DNA of 64,000 nucleotides from Eledone cirrhosa. Taxonomy: Eukaryota. This document shows positions 52,501 to 64,000 of this stretch, piece by piece. Location: assembly GCA_964016885.1 (NCBI GenBank), contig OZ024741.1, positions 416,144,001 through 416,208,000 on the forward strand, written 5' to 3'. Numbering within the stretch: the first letter of the stretch is position 1; each line of letters begins with the position of its first letter. The translations under genes and the position numbers were made by a program. The notes beneath the pieces are model-generated. The model was not told the DNA's origin, made no database searches, and worked only from the letters and a program-made list of their open reading frames with translations.

Positions 52501-55500
52501 ACCAACCTGGTCAACACTGACCATGACTATTACCTACAGTTGTCTTAACCCTTTAGTTACCAACCTGGTCAACACTGACCAGGACCATTACCTACAGTTG
52601 TCTTAACCCTTTAGTTTCCAACCTGGTCAACACTGACCAAGACTATTACCTACAGTTGTCTTAACCCTTTAGTTACCAACCTGGTCAAAACTGACCAAGA
52701 CTATTACCTACAGTTGTCTTAACCCTTTAGTTACCAACCTGGTCAACACTGACCAGGACTATTACCTACAGTTGTCTTAACCCTTTAGTTTCCAACCTGG
52801 TCAACACTGACCAGGACTATTACCTACAGTTGTCTTAAACCCTTTAGTTTCCAGCCTGGTCAACACTGACCAAGACTATTACCTACAGTTGTCTTAACCC
52901 TTTAGTTACCAATCTGGTCAACACTGACCAGGACTATTACCTACAGTTGTCTTAACCCTTTAGTGTCCAACCTGGTCAACACTGACCAAGACTATTACCT
53001 ACAGTTGTCTTAACCCTTTAGTTACCAACCTGGTCAACACTGACCAAGACTATTACCTACAGTTGTCTTAACCGTTTAGTTAACAACCTGGTCAACACTG
53101 ACCAGGACTATTACCTACATTTGTCTTAACCCTTTAGTTTCCAACCTGGTCAACACTGACCAGGACTATTATCTACAGTTGTCTTAACAATTTAGTTACC
53201 AACCTGGTCAACACTGACCAGGACTATTATCTACAGTTGTCTTAACTATTTAGTTACCAACCTGGTCAACACTGACCAAGACTATTACCTACAGTTGTTT
53301 TAACCATTTAGTTACCAACCTGGTCAACACTGACCAAGACTATTACCTACAGTTGTCTTAACGCTTTAGTTACCAACCTGGTCAACACTTACCAGGACTA
53401 TTACCTACAGTTGCTTAACCCTTTAGTTTCAAACCTGGTCAACACTGACCAGGACTATTGCCTACAGTTGTCTTAACCCTTTATTTACCAACATGGTCAC
53501 CACTGACCAGGAGTATTACCTACAGTTGTCTTAACCCTTTAGTTACCAACCTCGTCAACAGTGACCAGGACTATTACCTACAGTTGTCTTAACCCTTTAG
53601 TTTCCAACCTGGTCAACACTGACCAGGACTATTACCTACAGTTGTCTTAACAATTTAGTTACCAACCTGGTTAACACTGACCAAGACTATTACCTACAGT
53701 TGTCTTAACCCTTTAGTTACCAACCTGGTCAACACTGACCAAGACTATTACCTACAGTTGTCTTAACCCTTTAGTTACCAACCTGGTCAACACTGACCAG
53801 GACTATTACATACAGTTGTCTTAACCCTTTAGTTACCAACCTGGTCAACACTGACCAGGACTATTACCTACAGCTGTGTTAACCCTTTAGTTACCAACCT
53901 GGTCAACACTTACCAGGACTATTACCTATAGTTGTCTTAACCCTTTAGTTACCAACCTGGTCAACACTGACTAGGACTATTACCTACAGTTGTCTAAAAC
54001 CCTTTAGTTTCCAGCCTGGTCAACACTGACCAGGACTATTACCTACAGTTGTTTTAACCCTTTAGTTACCAACCTGGTCAACACTAACCAGGACTATTAC
54101 CTACAGTTGTCTTAACCCTTTAGTTACCAACCTGGTCAACACTGACCAGGACTATTACCTACAGTTGTCTTAAACCCTTTGGTTTCCAGCCTGGTCAACA
54201 CTGACCAGGACTATTACCTACAGTTGTTTTAACCCTTTAGTTACCAACCTGGTCAACACTGACCATGACTATTACCTACAGTTGTCTTAACCCTTTAGTT
54301 ACCAACCTGGTCAACACTGACCAGGACTATTACCTACAGTTTTCTCAACCCTTTAGTTACCAACCTGGTCAACACTGACCAAGACTTACCTACAGTTGTC
54401 TTAACCCTTTAGTTACCAACCTGGTCAACACTGACCAGGACTATTACCTACAGTTGTCTTAACCATTTAGTTACCAACCTGGTCAACACTGACCAAGACT
54501 ATTACCTACAGTTGTCTTAACCCTTTAGTTTCCAACCTGGTCAACACTGACCAGGACTATTACCTACAGTTGTGTTAACCCTTTAGTTTCCACCCTGGTC
54601 AACACTGACCAGGACTATTACCTACAGTTGTGTTAACCCTTTAGTTACCAACCTGGTCAACACTGACCAGGACTATTACCTACAGTTGTCTTAACCCTTT
54701 AGTTTCCACCCTGGTCAACACTGACCAGGACTATTACCTACAGTTGTGTTAACCCTTTAGTTACCAACCTGGTCAACACTGACCAGGACTATTACCTACA
54801 GTTGTCTTAACCCTTTAGTTTCCAACCTGGTCAACACTGACCAAGACTATTACCTACAGTTGTCTTAACCCTTTAGTTACCAACCTGGTCAACACTGACC
54901 ATGACTATTACCTACAGTTGTCTTAACCCTTTAGTTACCAACCTGGTCAACACTGACCAGGACCATTACCTACAGTTGTCTTAACCCTTTAGTTTCCAAC
55001 CTGGTCAACACTGACCAAGACTATTACCTACAGTTGTCTTAACCCTTTAGTTACCAACCTGGTCAAAACTGACCAAGACTATTACCTACAGTTGTCTTAA
55101 CCCTTTAGTTACCAACCTGGTCAACACTGACCAGGACTATTACCTACAGTTGTCTTAACCCTTTAGTTTCCAACCTGGTCAACACTGACCAGGACTATTA
55201 CCTACAGTTGTCTTAAACCCTTTAGTTTCCAGCCTGGTCAACACTGACCAAGACTATTACCTACAGTTGTCTTAACCCTTTAGTTACCAATCTGGTCAAC
55301 ACTGACCAGGACTATTACCTACAGTTGTCTTAACCCTTTAGTGTCCAACCTGGTCAACACTGACCAAGACTATTACCTACAGTTGTCTTAACCCTTTAGT
55401 TACCAACCTGGTCAACACTGACCAAGACTATTACCTACAGTTGTCTTAACCGTTTAGTTAACAACCTGGTCAACACTGACCAGGACTATTACCTACATTT

Positions 55501-58500
55501 GTCTTAACCCTTTAGTTTCCAACCTGGTCAACACTGACCAGGACTATTATCTACAGTTGTCTTAACAATTTAGTTACCAACCTGGTCAACACTGACCAGG
55601 ACTATTATCTACAGTTGTCTTAACTATTTAGTTACCAACCTGGTCAACACTGACCAAGACTATTACCTACAGTTGTTTTAACCATTTAGTTACCAACCTG
55701 GTCAACACTGACCAAGACTATTACCTACAGTTGTCTTAACGCTTTAGTTACCAACCTGGTCAACACTTACCAGGACTATTACCTACAGTTGCTTAACCCT
55801 TTAGTTTCAAACCTGGTCAACACTGACCAGGACTATTGCCTACAGTTGTCTTAACCCTTTATTTACCAACATGGTCACCACTGACCAGGAGTATTACCTA
55901 CAGTTGTCTTAACCCTTTAGTTACCAACCTCGTCAACAGTGACCAGGACTATTACCTACAGTTGTCTTAACCCTTTAGTTTCCAACCTGGTCAACACTGA
56001 CCAGGACTATTACCTACAGTTGTCTTAACAATTTAGTTACCAACCTGGTTAACACTGACCAAGACTATTACCTACAGTTGTCTTAACCCTTTAGTTACCA
56101 ACCTGGTCAACACTGACCAAGACTATTACCTACAGTTGTCTTAACCCTTTAGTTACCAACCTGGTCAACACTGACCAGGACTATTACATACAGTTGTCTT
56201 AACCCTTTAGTTACCAACCTGGTCAACACTGACCAGGACTATTACCTACAGCTGTGTTAACCCTTTAGTTACCAACCTGGTCAACACTTACCAGGACTAT
56301 TACCTATAGTTGTCTTAACCCTTTAGTTACCAACCTGGTCAACACTGACTAGGACTATTACCTACAGTTGTCTAAAACCCTTTAGTTTCCAGCCTGGTCA
56401 ACACTGACCAGGACTATTACCTACAGTTGTTTTAACCCTTTAGTTACCAACCTGGTCAACACTAACCAGGACTATTACCTACAGTTGTCTTAACCCTTTA
56501 GTTACCAACCTGGTCAACACTGACCAGGACTATTACCTACAGTTGTCTTAAACCCTTTGGTTTCCAGCCTGGTCAACACTGACCAGGACTATTACCTACA
56601 GTTGTTTTAACCCTTTAGTTACCAACCTGGTCAACACTGACCATGACTATTACCTACAGTTGTCTTAACCCTTTAGTTACCAACCTGGTCAACACTGACC
56701 AGGACTATTACCTACAGTTTTCTCAACCCTTTAGTTACCAACCTGGTCAACACTGACCAAGACTTACCTACAGTTGTCTTAACCCTTTAGTTACCAACCT
56801 GGTCAACACTGACCAGGACTATTACCTACAGTTGTCTTAACCATTTAGTTACCAACCTGGTCAACACTGACCAAGACTATTACCTACAGTTGTCTTAACC
56901 CTTTAGTTTCCAACCTGGTCAACACTGACCAGGACTATTACCTACAGTTGTGTTAACCCTTTAGTTTCCACCCTGGTCAACACTGACCAGGACTATTACC
57001 TACAGTTGTGTTAACCCTTTAGTTACCAACCTGGTCAACACTGACCAGGACTATTACCTACAGTTGTCTTAACCCTTTAGTTTCCACCCTGGTCAACACT
57101 GACCAGGACTATTACCTACAGTTGTGTTAACCCTTTAGTTACCAACCTGGTCAACACTGACCAGGACTATTACCTACAGTTGTCTTAACCCTTTAGTTTC
57201 CAACCTGGTCAACACTGACCAAGACTATTACCTACAGTTGTCTTAACCCTTTAGTTACCAACCTGGTCAACACTGACCATGACTATTACCTACAGTTGTC
57301 TTAACCCTTTAGTTACCAACCTGGTCAACACTGACCAGGACCATTACCTACAGTTGTCTTAACCCTTTAGTTTCCAACCTGGTCAACACTGACCAAGACT
57401 ATTACCTACAGTTGTCTTAACCCTTTAGTTACCAACCTGGTCAAAACTGACCAAGACTATTACCTACAGTTGTCTTAACCCTTTAGTTACCAACCTGGTC
57501 AACACTGACCAGGACTATTACCTACAGTTGTCTTAACCCTTTAGTTTCCAACCTGGTCAACACTGACCAGGACTATTACCTACAGTTGTCTTAAACCCTT
57601 TAGTTTCCAGCCTGGTCAACACTGACCAAGACTATTACCTACAGTTGTCTTAACCCTTTAGTTACCAATCTGGTCAACACTGACCAGGACTATTACCTAC
57701 AGTTGTCTTAACCCTTTAGTGTCCAACCTGGTCAACACTGACCAAGACTATTACCTACAGTTGTCTTAACCCTTTAGTTACCAACCTGGTCAACACTGAC
57801 CAAGACTATTACCTACAGTTGTCTTAACCGTTTAGTTAACAACCTGGTCAACACTGACCAGGACTATTACCTACATTTGTCTTAACCCTTTAGTTTCCAA
57901 CCTGGTCAACACTGACCAGGACTATTATCTACAGTTGTCTTAACAATTTAGTTACCAACCTGGTCAACACTGACCAGGACTATTATCTACAGTTGTCTTA
58001 ACTATTTAGTTACCAACCTGGTCAACACTGACCAAGACTATTACCTACAGTTGTTTTAACCATTTAGTTACCAACCTGGTCAACACTGACCAAGACTATT
58101 ACCTACAGTTGTCTTAACGCTTTAGTTACCAACCTGGTCAACACTTACCAGGACTATTACCTACAGTTGCTTAACCCTTTAGTTTCAAACCTGGTCAACA
58201 CTGACCAGGACTATTGCCTACAGTTGTCTTAACCCTTTATTTACCAACATGGTCACCACTGACCAGGAGTATTACCTACAGTTGTCTTAACCCTTTAGTT
58301 ACCAACCTCGTCAACAGTGACCAGGACTATTACCTACAGTTGTCTTAACCCTTTAGTTTCCAACCTGGTCAACACTGACCAGGACTATTACCTACAGTTG
58401 TCTTAACAATTTAGTTACCAACCTGGTTAACACTGACCAAGACTATTACCTACAGTTGTCTTAACCCTTTAGTTACCAACCTGGTCAACACTGACCAAGA

Positions 58501-61500
58501 CTATTACCTACAGTTGTCTTAACCCTTTAGTTACCAACCTGGTCAACACTGACCAGGACTATTACATACAGTTGTCTTAACCCTTTAGTTACCAACCTGG
58601 TCAACACTGACCAGGACTATTACCTACAGCTGTGTTAACCCTTTAGTTACCAACCTGGTCAACACTTACCAGGACTATTACCTATAGTTGTCTTAACCCT
58701 TTAGTTACCAACCTGGTCAACACTGACTAGGACTATTACCTACAGTTGTCTAAAACCCTTTAGTTTCCAGCCTGGTCAACACTGACCAGGACTATTACCT
58801 ACAGTTGTCTTAACCATTTAGTTACCAACCTGGTCAACACTGACCAAGACTATTACCTACAGTTGTCTTAACCCTTTAGTTTCCAACCTGGTCAACACTG
58901 ACCAGGACTATTACCTACAGTTGTGTTAACCCTTTAGTTTCCACCCTGGTCAACACTGACCAGGACTATTACCTACAGTTGTGTTAACCCTTTAGTTACC
59001 AACCTGGTCAACACTGACCAGGACTATTACCTACAGTTGTCTTAACCCTTTAGTTTCCAACCTGGTCAACACTGACCAAGACTATTACCTACAGTTGTCT
59101 TAACCCTTTAGTTACCAACCTGGTCAACACTGACCATGACTATTACCTACAGTTGTCTTAACCCTTTAGTTACCAACCTGGTCAACACTGACCAGGACCA
59201 TTACCTACAGTTGTCTTAACCCTTTAGTTTCCAACCTGGTCAACACTGACCAAGACTATTACCTACAGTTGTCTTAACCCTTTAGTTACCAACCTGGTCA
59301 ACACTGACCAGGACCATTACCTACAGTTGTTTTAACCCTTTAGTTACCAACCTGGTCAACACTGACCATGACTATTACCTACAGTTGTCTTAACCCTTTA
59401 GTTACCAACCTGGTCAACACTGACCAGGACCATTACCTACAGTTGTCTTAACCCTTTAGTTTCCAACCTGGTCAACACTGACCAAGACTATTACCTACAG
59501 TTGTCTTAACCCTTTAGTTACCAACCTGGTCAACACTGACCAAGACTATTACCTACAGTTGTTTTAACCCTTTAGTTACCAACCTGGTCAACACTGACCA
59601 GGACTATTACCTACAGTTGTCTTAACCATTTAGTTACCAACCTGGTCGACACTGACCAAGACTATTACCTACAGTTGTCTTAACCCTTTAGTTTCCAACC
59701 TGGTCAACACTGACCAGGACTATTACCTACAGTTGTGTTAACCCTTTAGTTTCCACCCTGGTCAACACTGACCAGGACTATTACCTACAGTTGTGTTAAC
59801 CCTTTAGTTACCAACCTGGTCAACACTGACCAGGACTATTACCTACAGTTGTCTTAACCCTTTAGTTTCCAACCGGGTCAACACTGACCAAGACTATTAC
59901 CTACAGTTGTCTTAACCCTTTAGTTACCAACCTGGTCAACACTGACCATGACTATTACCTACAGTTGTCTTAACCCTTTAGTTACCAACCTGGTCAACAC
60001 TGACCAGGACCATTACCTACAGTTGTCTTAACCCTTTAGTTTCCAACCTGGTCAACACTGACCAAGACTATTACCTACAGTTGTCTTAACCCTTTAGTTA
60101 CCAACCTGGTCAACACTGACCAAGACTATTACCTACAGTTGTCTTAACCCTTTAGTTACCAACCTGGTCAACACTGACCAGGACTATTAACTACAGTTGT
60201 CTTAAACCCTTTAGTTTCCAGCCTGGTCAACACTGACCAGGACTATTACCTACAGTTGTTTTAACCCTTTAGTTACCAACCTGGTCAACACTAACCAGGA
60301 CTATTACCTACAGTTGTCTTAACCCTTTAGTTACCAACCTGGTCAACACTGACCAGGACTATTACCTACAGTTGTCTTAAACCCTTTAGTTTCCAGCCTG
60401 GTCAACACTGACCAGGACTATTACCTACAGTTGTTTTAACCCTTTAGTTACCAACCTGGTCAACACTGACCATGACTATTACCTACAGTTGTCTTAACCC
60501 TTTAGTTATCAACCTGGTCAACACTGACCAGGACTATTACCTGCAGTTTTCTCAACCCTTTAGTTACCAACCTGGTCAACACTGACCAAGACTTAGCTAC
60601 AGTTGTCTTAACCCTTTAGTTACCAACCTGGTCAACACTGACCAGGACTATTACCTACAGTTGTCTTAACCATTTAGTTACCAACCTGGTCAACACTGAC
60701 CAAGACTATTACCTACAGTTGTCTTAACCCTTTAGTTTCCAACCTGGTCAACACTGACCAGGACTATTACCTACAGTTGTGTTAACCCTTTAGTTTCCAC
60801 CATGGTCAACACTGACCAGGACTATTACCTACAGTTGTGTTAACCCTTTAGTTACCAACCTGGTCAGCAATGACCAGGACTATTACCTACAGTTGTCTTA
60901 ACCCTTTAGTTTCCAACCTGGTCAACACTGACCAAGACTATTACCTACAGTTGTCTTATCCCTTTAGTTACCAACCTGGTCAACACTGACCAGGACTATT
61001 ACCTACAGTTGTCTTAACCCTTTAGTTACCAACCTGGTCAACACTGACCAGGACCATTACCTACAGTTGTCTTAACCCTTTAGTTTCCAACCTGGTCAAC
61101 ACTGACCAAGACTATTACCTACAGTTGTCTTAACCCTTTAGTTACCAACCTGGTCAACACTGACCAAGACTATTACCTACAGTTGTCTTAACCCTTTAGT
61201 TACCAACCTGGTCAACACTGACCAGGACTATTACCTACAGTTGTCTTAACCCTTTAGTTTCCAACCTGGTCAACACTGACCAGGACTATTACCTACAGCT
61301 GTGTTAACCCTTTAGTTACCAACCTGGTCAACACAGACCAGGACTATTACCTACAGTTGTTTTAACCCTTTAGTTTCCAACCTGGTCAACACTGACCAGG
61401 ACTATTACCTACAGTTGTCTTAACCCTTTAGTTACCAACCTGGTCAACACTGACCAGCACTATTACCTAGAGTTGTCTTAACCCTTTAGTTACCAACCTG

Positions 61501-64000
61501 GTCAACACTGACCAGGACTATTACTTACAGTTGTTTTAACCCTTTAGTTACCAACCTGGTCAACACTGACCAGCACTATTACCTAGAGTTGTCTTAACCC
61601 TTTAGTTACCAACCTGGTCAACACTGACCAGGACTATTACCTACAGATGTGTTAACCCTTTAGGTACCAACCTGGTCAACACTTACCAGGACTATTACCT
61701 TCAGTTGTCTTAACCCTTTAGTTACCAACCTGGTCAACACTGACCAGGACTATTACCTACAGTTGTCTTAAACCCTTTAGTTTCCAGCCTGGTCAACACT
61801 GACCAGGACTATTACCTACAGTTGTCTTAACCCTTTAGTTACCAACCTGGTCAACACTGACCAGGACTATTACCTACAGTTTTCTCAACCCTTTAGTTAC
61901 CAACCTGGTCAACACTGACCAAGACTTACCTACAGTTGTCTTAACCCTTTAGTTACCAACCTGGTCAACACTGACCAGGACTATTACCTACAGTTGTCTT
62001 AACCATTTAGTTACCAACCTGGTCAACACTGACCAAGACTATTACCTACAGTTGTCTTAACCCTTTAGTTTCCAACCTGGTCAACACTGACCAGGACTAT
62101 TACCTACAGTTGTCTTAACCCTTTAGTTACAAACCTGGTCAACACTGACCAGGACTATTACCTACAGTTGTCTTAAACCCTTTAGTTTCCAGCCTGGTCA
62201 ACACTGACCAGGACTATTACCTACAGTTGTCTTAACCCTTTAGTTACCAACCTGGTCAACACTGACCAGGACTATTACCTACAGTTTTCTCAACCCTTTA
62301 GTTACCAACCTGGTCAACACTGACCAAGACTTACCTACAGTTGTCTTAACCCTTTAGTTACCAACCTGCTCAACACTGACCAGGACTATTACCTACAGTT
62401 GTCTTAACCATTTAGTTACCCACCTGGTCAACACTGACTAAGACTATTACCTACAGTTGTCTTAACCCTTTAGTTTCCAACCTGGTCAACACTGACCAGG
62501 ACTATTACCTACAGTTGTGTTAACCCTTTAGTTTCCACCCTGGTCAACACTGACCAGGACTATTACCTACAGTTGTGTTAACCCTTTAGTTACCAACCTG
62601 GTCAACAATGACCAGGACTATTACCTACAGTTGTCTTAACCCTTTAGTTTCCAACCTGGTCAACACTGACCAAGACTATTACCTACAGTTGTCTTAACCC
62701 TTTAGTTACCAACCTGGTCAACACTGACCAAGACTATTACCTACAGTTGTCTTAACCCTTTAGTTACCAACCTGGTCAACACTGACCAGGACTATTACCT
62801 ACAGTTGTCTTAACCCTTTAGTTTCCAACCTGGTCAACACTGACCAGGACTATTACCTACAGCTGTGTTAACCCTTTAGTTACCAACCTGGTCAACACAG
62901 ACCAGGACTATTACCTACAGTTGTTTTAACCCTTTAGTTTCCAACCTGGTCAACACTGACCAGGACTATTACCTACAGTTGTCTTAACCCTTTAGTTACC
63001 AACCTGGTCAACACTGACCAGCACTATTACCTAGAGTTGTCTTAACCCTTTAGTTACCAACCTGGTCAACACTGACCAGGACTATTACCTACAGTTGTTT
63101 TAACCCTTTAGTTACCAACCTGGTCAACACTGACCAGCACTATTACCTAGAGTTGTCTTAACCCTTTAGTTACCAACCTGGTCAACACTGACCAGGACTA
63201 TTACCTACAGATGTGTTAACCCTTTAGTTACCAACCTGGTCAACACTTACCAGGACTATTACCTACAGTTGTCTTAACCCTTTAGTTACCAACCTGGTCA
63301 ACACTGACCAGGACTATTACCTACAGTTGTCTTAAACCATTTAGTTTCCAGCCTGGTCAACACTGACCAGGACTATTACCTACAGTTGTTTAACCCTTTA
63401 GTTACCAACCTGGTCAACACTAACCAGGACTATTACCTACAGTTGTCTTAACCCTTTAGTTACCAACCTGGTCAACACTGACCAGGACTATTACCTACAG
63501 TTGTCTTAAACCCTTTAGTTTCCAGCCTGGTCAACACTGACCAGGACTATTACCTACAGTTGTTTTAACCCTTTAGTTACCAACCTGGTCAACTCTGACC
63601 ATGACTATTACCTACAGTTGTCTTAACCCTTTAGTTACCAACCTGGTCAACACTGACCAGGACTATTACCTACAGTTTTCTCAACCCTTTAGTTACCAAC
63701 CTGGTCAACACTGACCAAGACTATTACCTACAGTTGTCTTAACCCTTTAGTTACCAACCGGGTCAACACTGACCAGGACTATTACCTACAGCTGTGTTAA
63801 CCCTTTAGTTACCAACCTGGTCAACACTGACCATGACTATTACCTACAGCTGTGTTAACCCTTTAGTTACCAACCTGGTCAACACTGACCAGGACTATTA
63901 CCTACAGTTGTCTTAACCCTTTAGTTACCAACCTGGTCAACACAGACCAGGACCATTACCTACAGTTGTCTTAACCCTTTAGTTTCCAACCTGGTCAACA
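10583..64000. repeat. 58-bp satellite DNA array, about 920 head-to-tail monomers, runs off the window end
   Basis: Consensus TTAACCCTTTAGTT(A/T)CCAACCTGGTCAACACTGACCA(G/A)GACTATTACCTACAGTTGTC; period 58 (10583, 10641); no inversion or foreign insertion seen; no ORFs in the track. Confidence 0.99.

Noticed and set aside
10583-64000. CRISPR array (palindromic repeat at regular spacing)
   Set aside because: Sequence between hairpins is the same in every unit, so there are no unique spacers; no cas genes; eukaryotic context
10583-64000. Hammerhead-encoding satellite (as in newt or schistosome satellites)
   Set aside because: No CUGANGA plus GAAA core in the right arrangement on either strand; CTGACCA is part of the hairpin
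10583-64000. Telomeric repeat or coding tandem repeat
   Set aside because: Only one TAACCC per 58 bp; the unit is not a multiple of 3 and the ORF track shows no ORFs
10583-64000. Apparent covariation TAAC..GTTA vs AAAC..GTTT suggesting a second stem
   Set aside because: Many monomers have the mismatched TAAC..GTTT; linkage by descent explains the pattern

Overview
Eukaryotic, repeat-dominated genomic DNA. The TE complement (PHD-containing RTE LINEs, (TGA)n-tailed SINEs, dense TA/CA microsatellites) looks like an octopod cephalopod genome; this is recalled resemblance, not a search result. Bases 1-10.5 kb hold one host coding exon missed by the ORF track: the terminal exon of a GLOD5-like glyoxalase/VOC gene (6173-6304, +). 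Around it lie three decayed RTE-clade LINE 3' fragments, several SINEs, a MITE-like inverted repeat, 65-bp and 42-bp minisatellites, and three decayed minimal (Penelope-type) hammerhead ribozyme motifs plus a half motif. From 10583 to the window end (>53 kb, about 920 units) runs one uninterrupted 58-bp satellite. Its unit starts with a piggyBac-like TTAACCCTTT and carries an 8-bp-stem hairpin. The array shows nested higher-order duplications of about 27, 33-35, 41, 50, 67, 76 and 150 monomers. There is no CRISPR array and no prokaryotic system.
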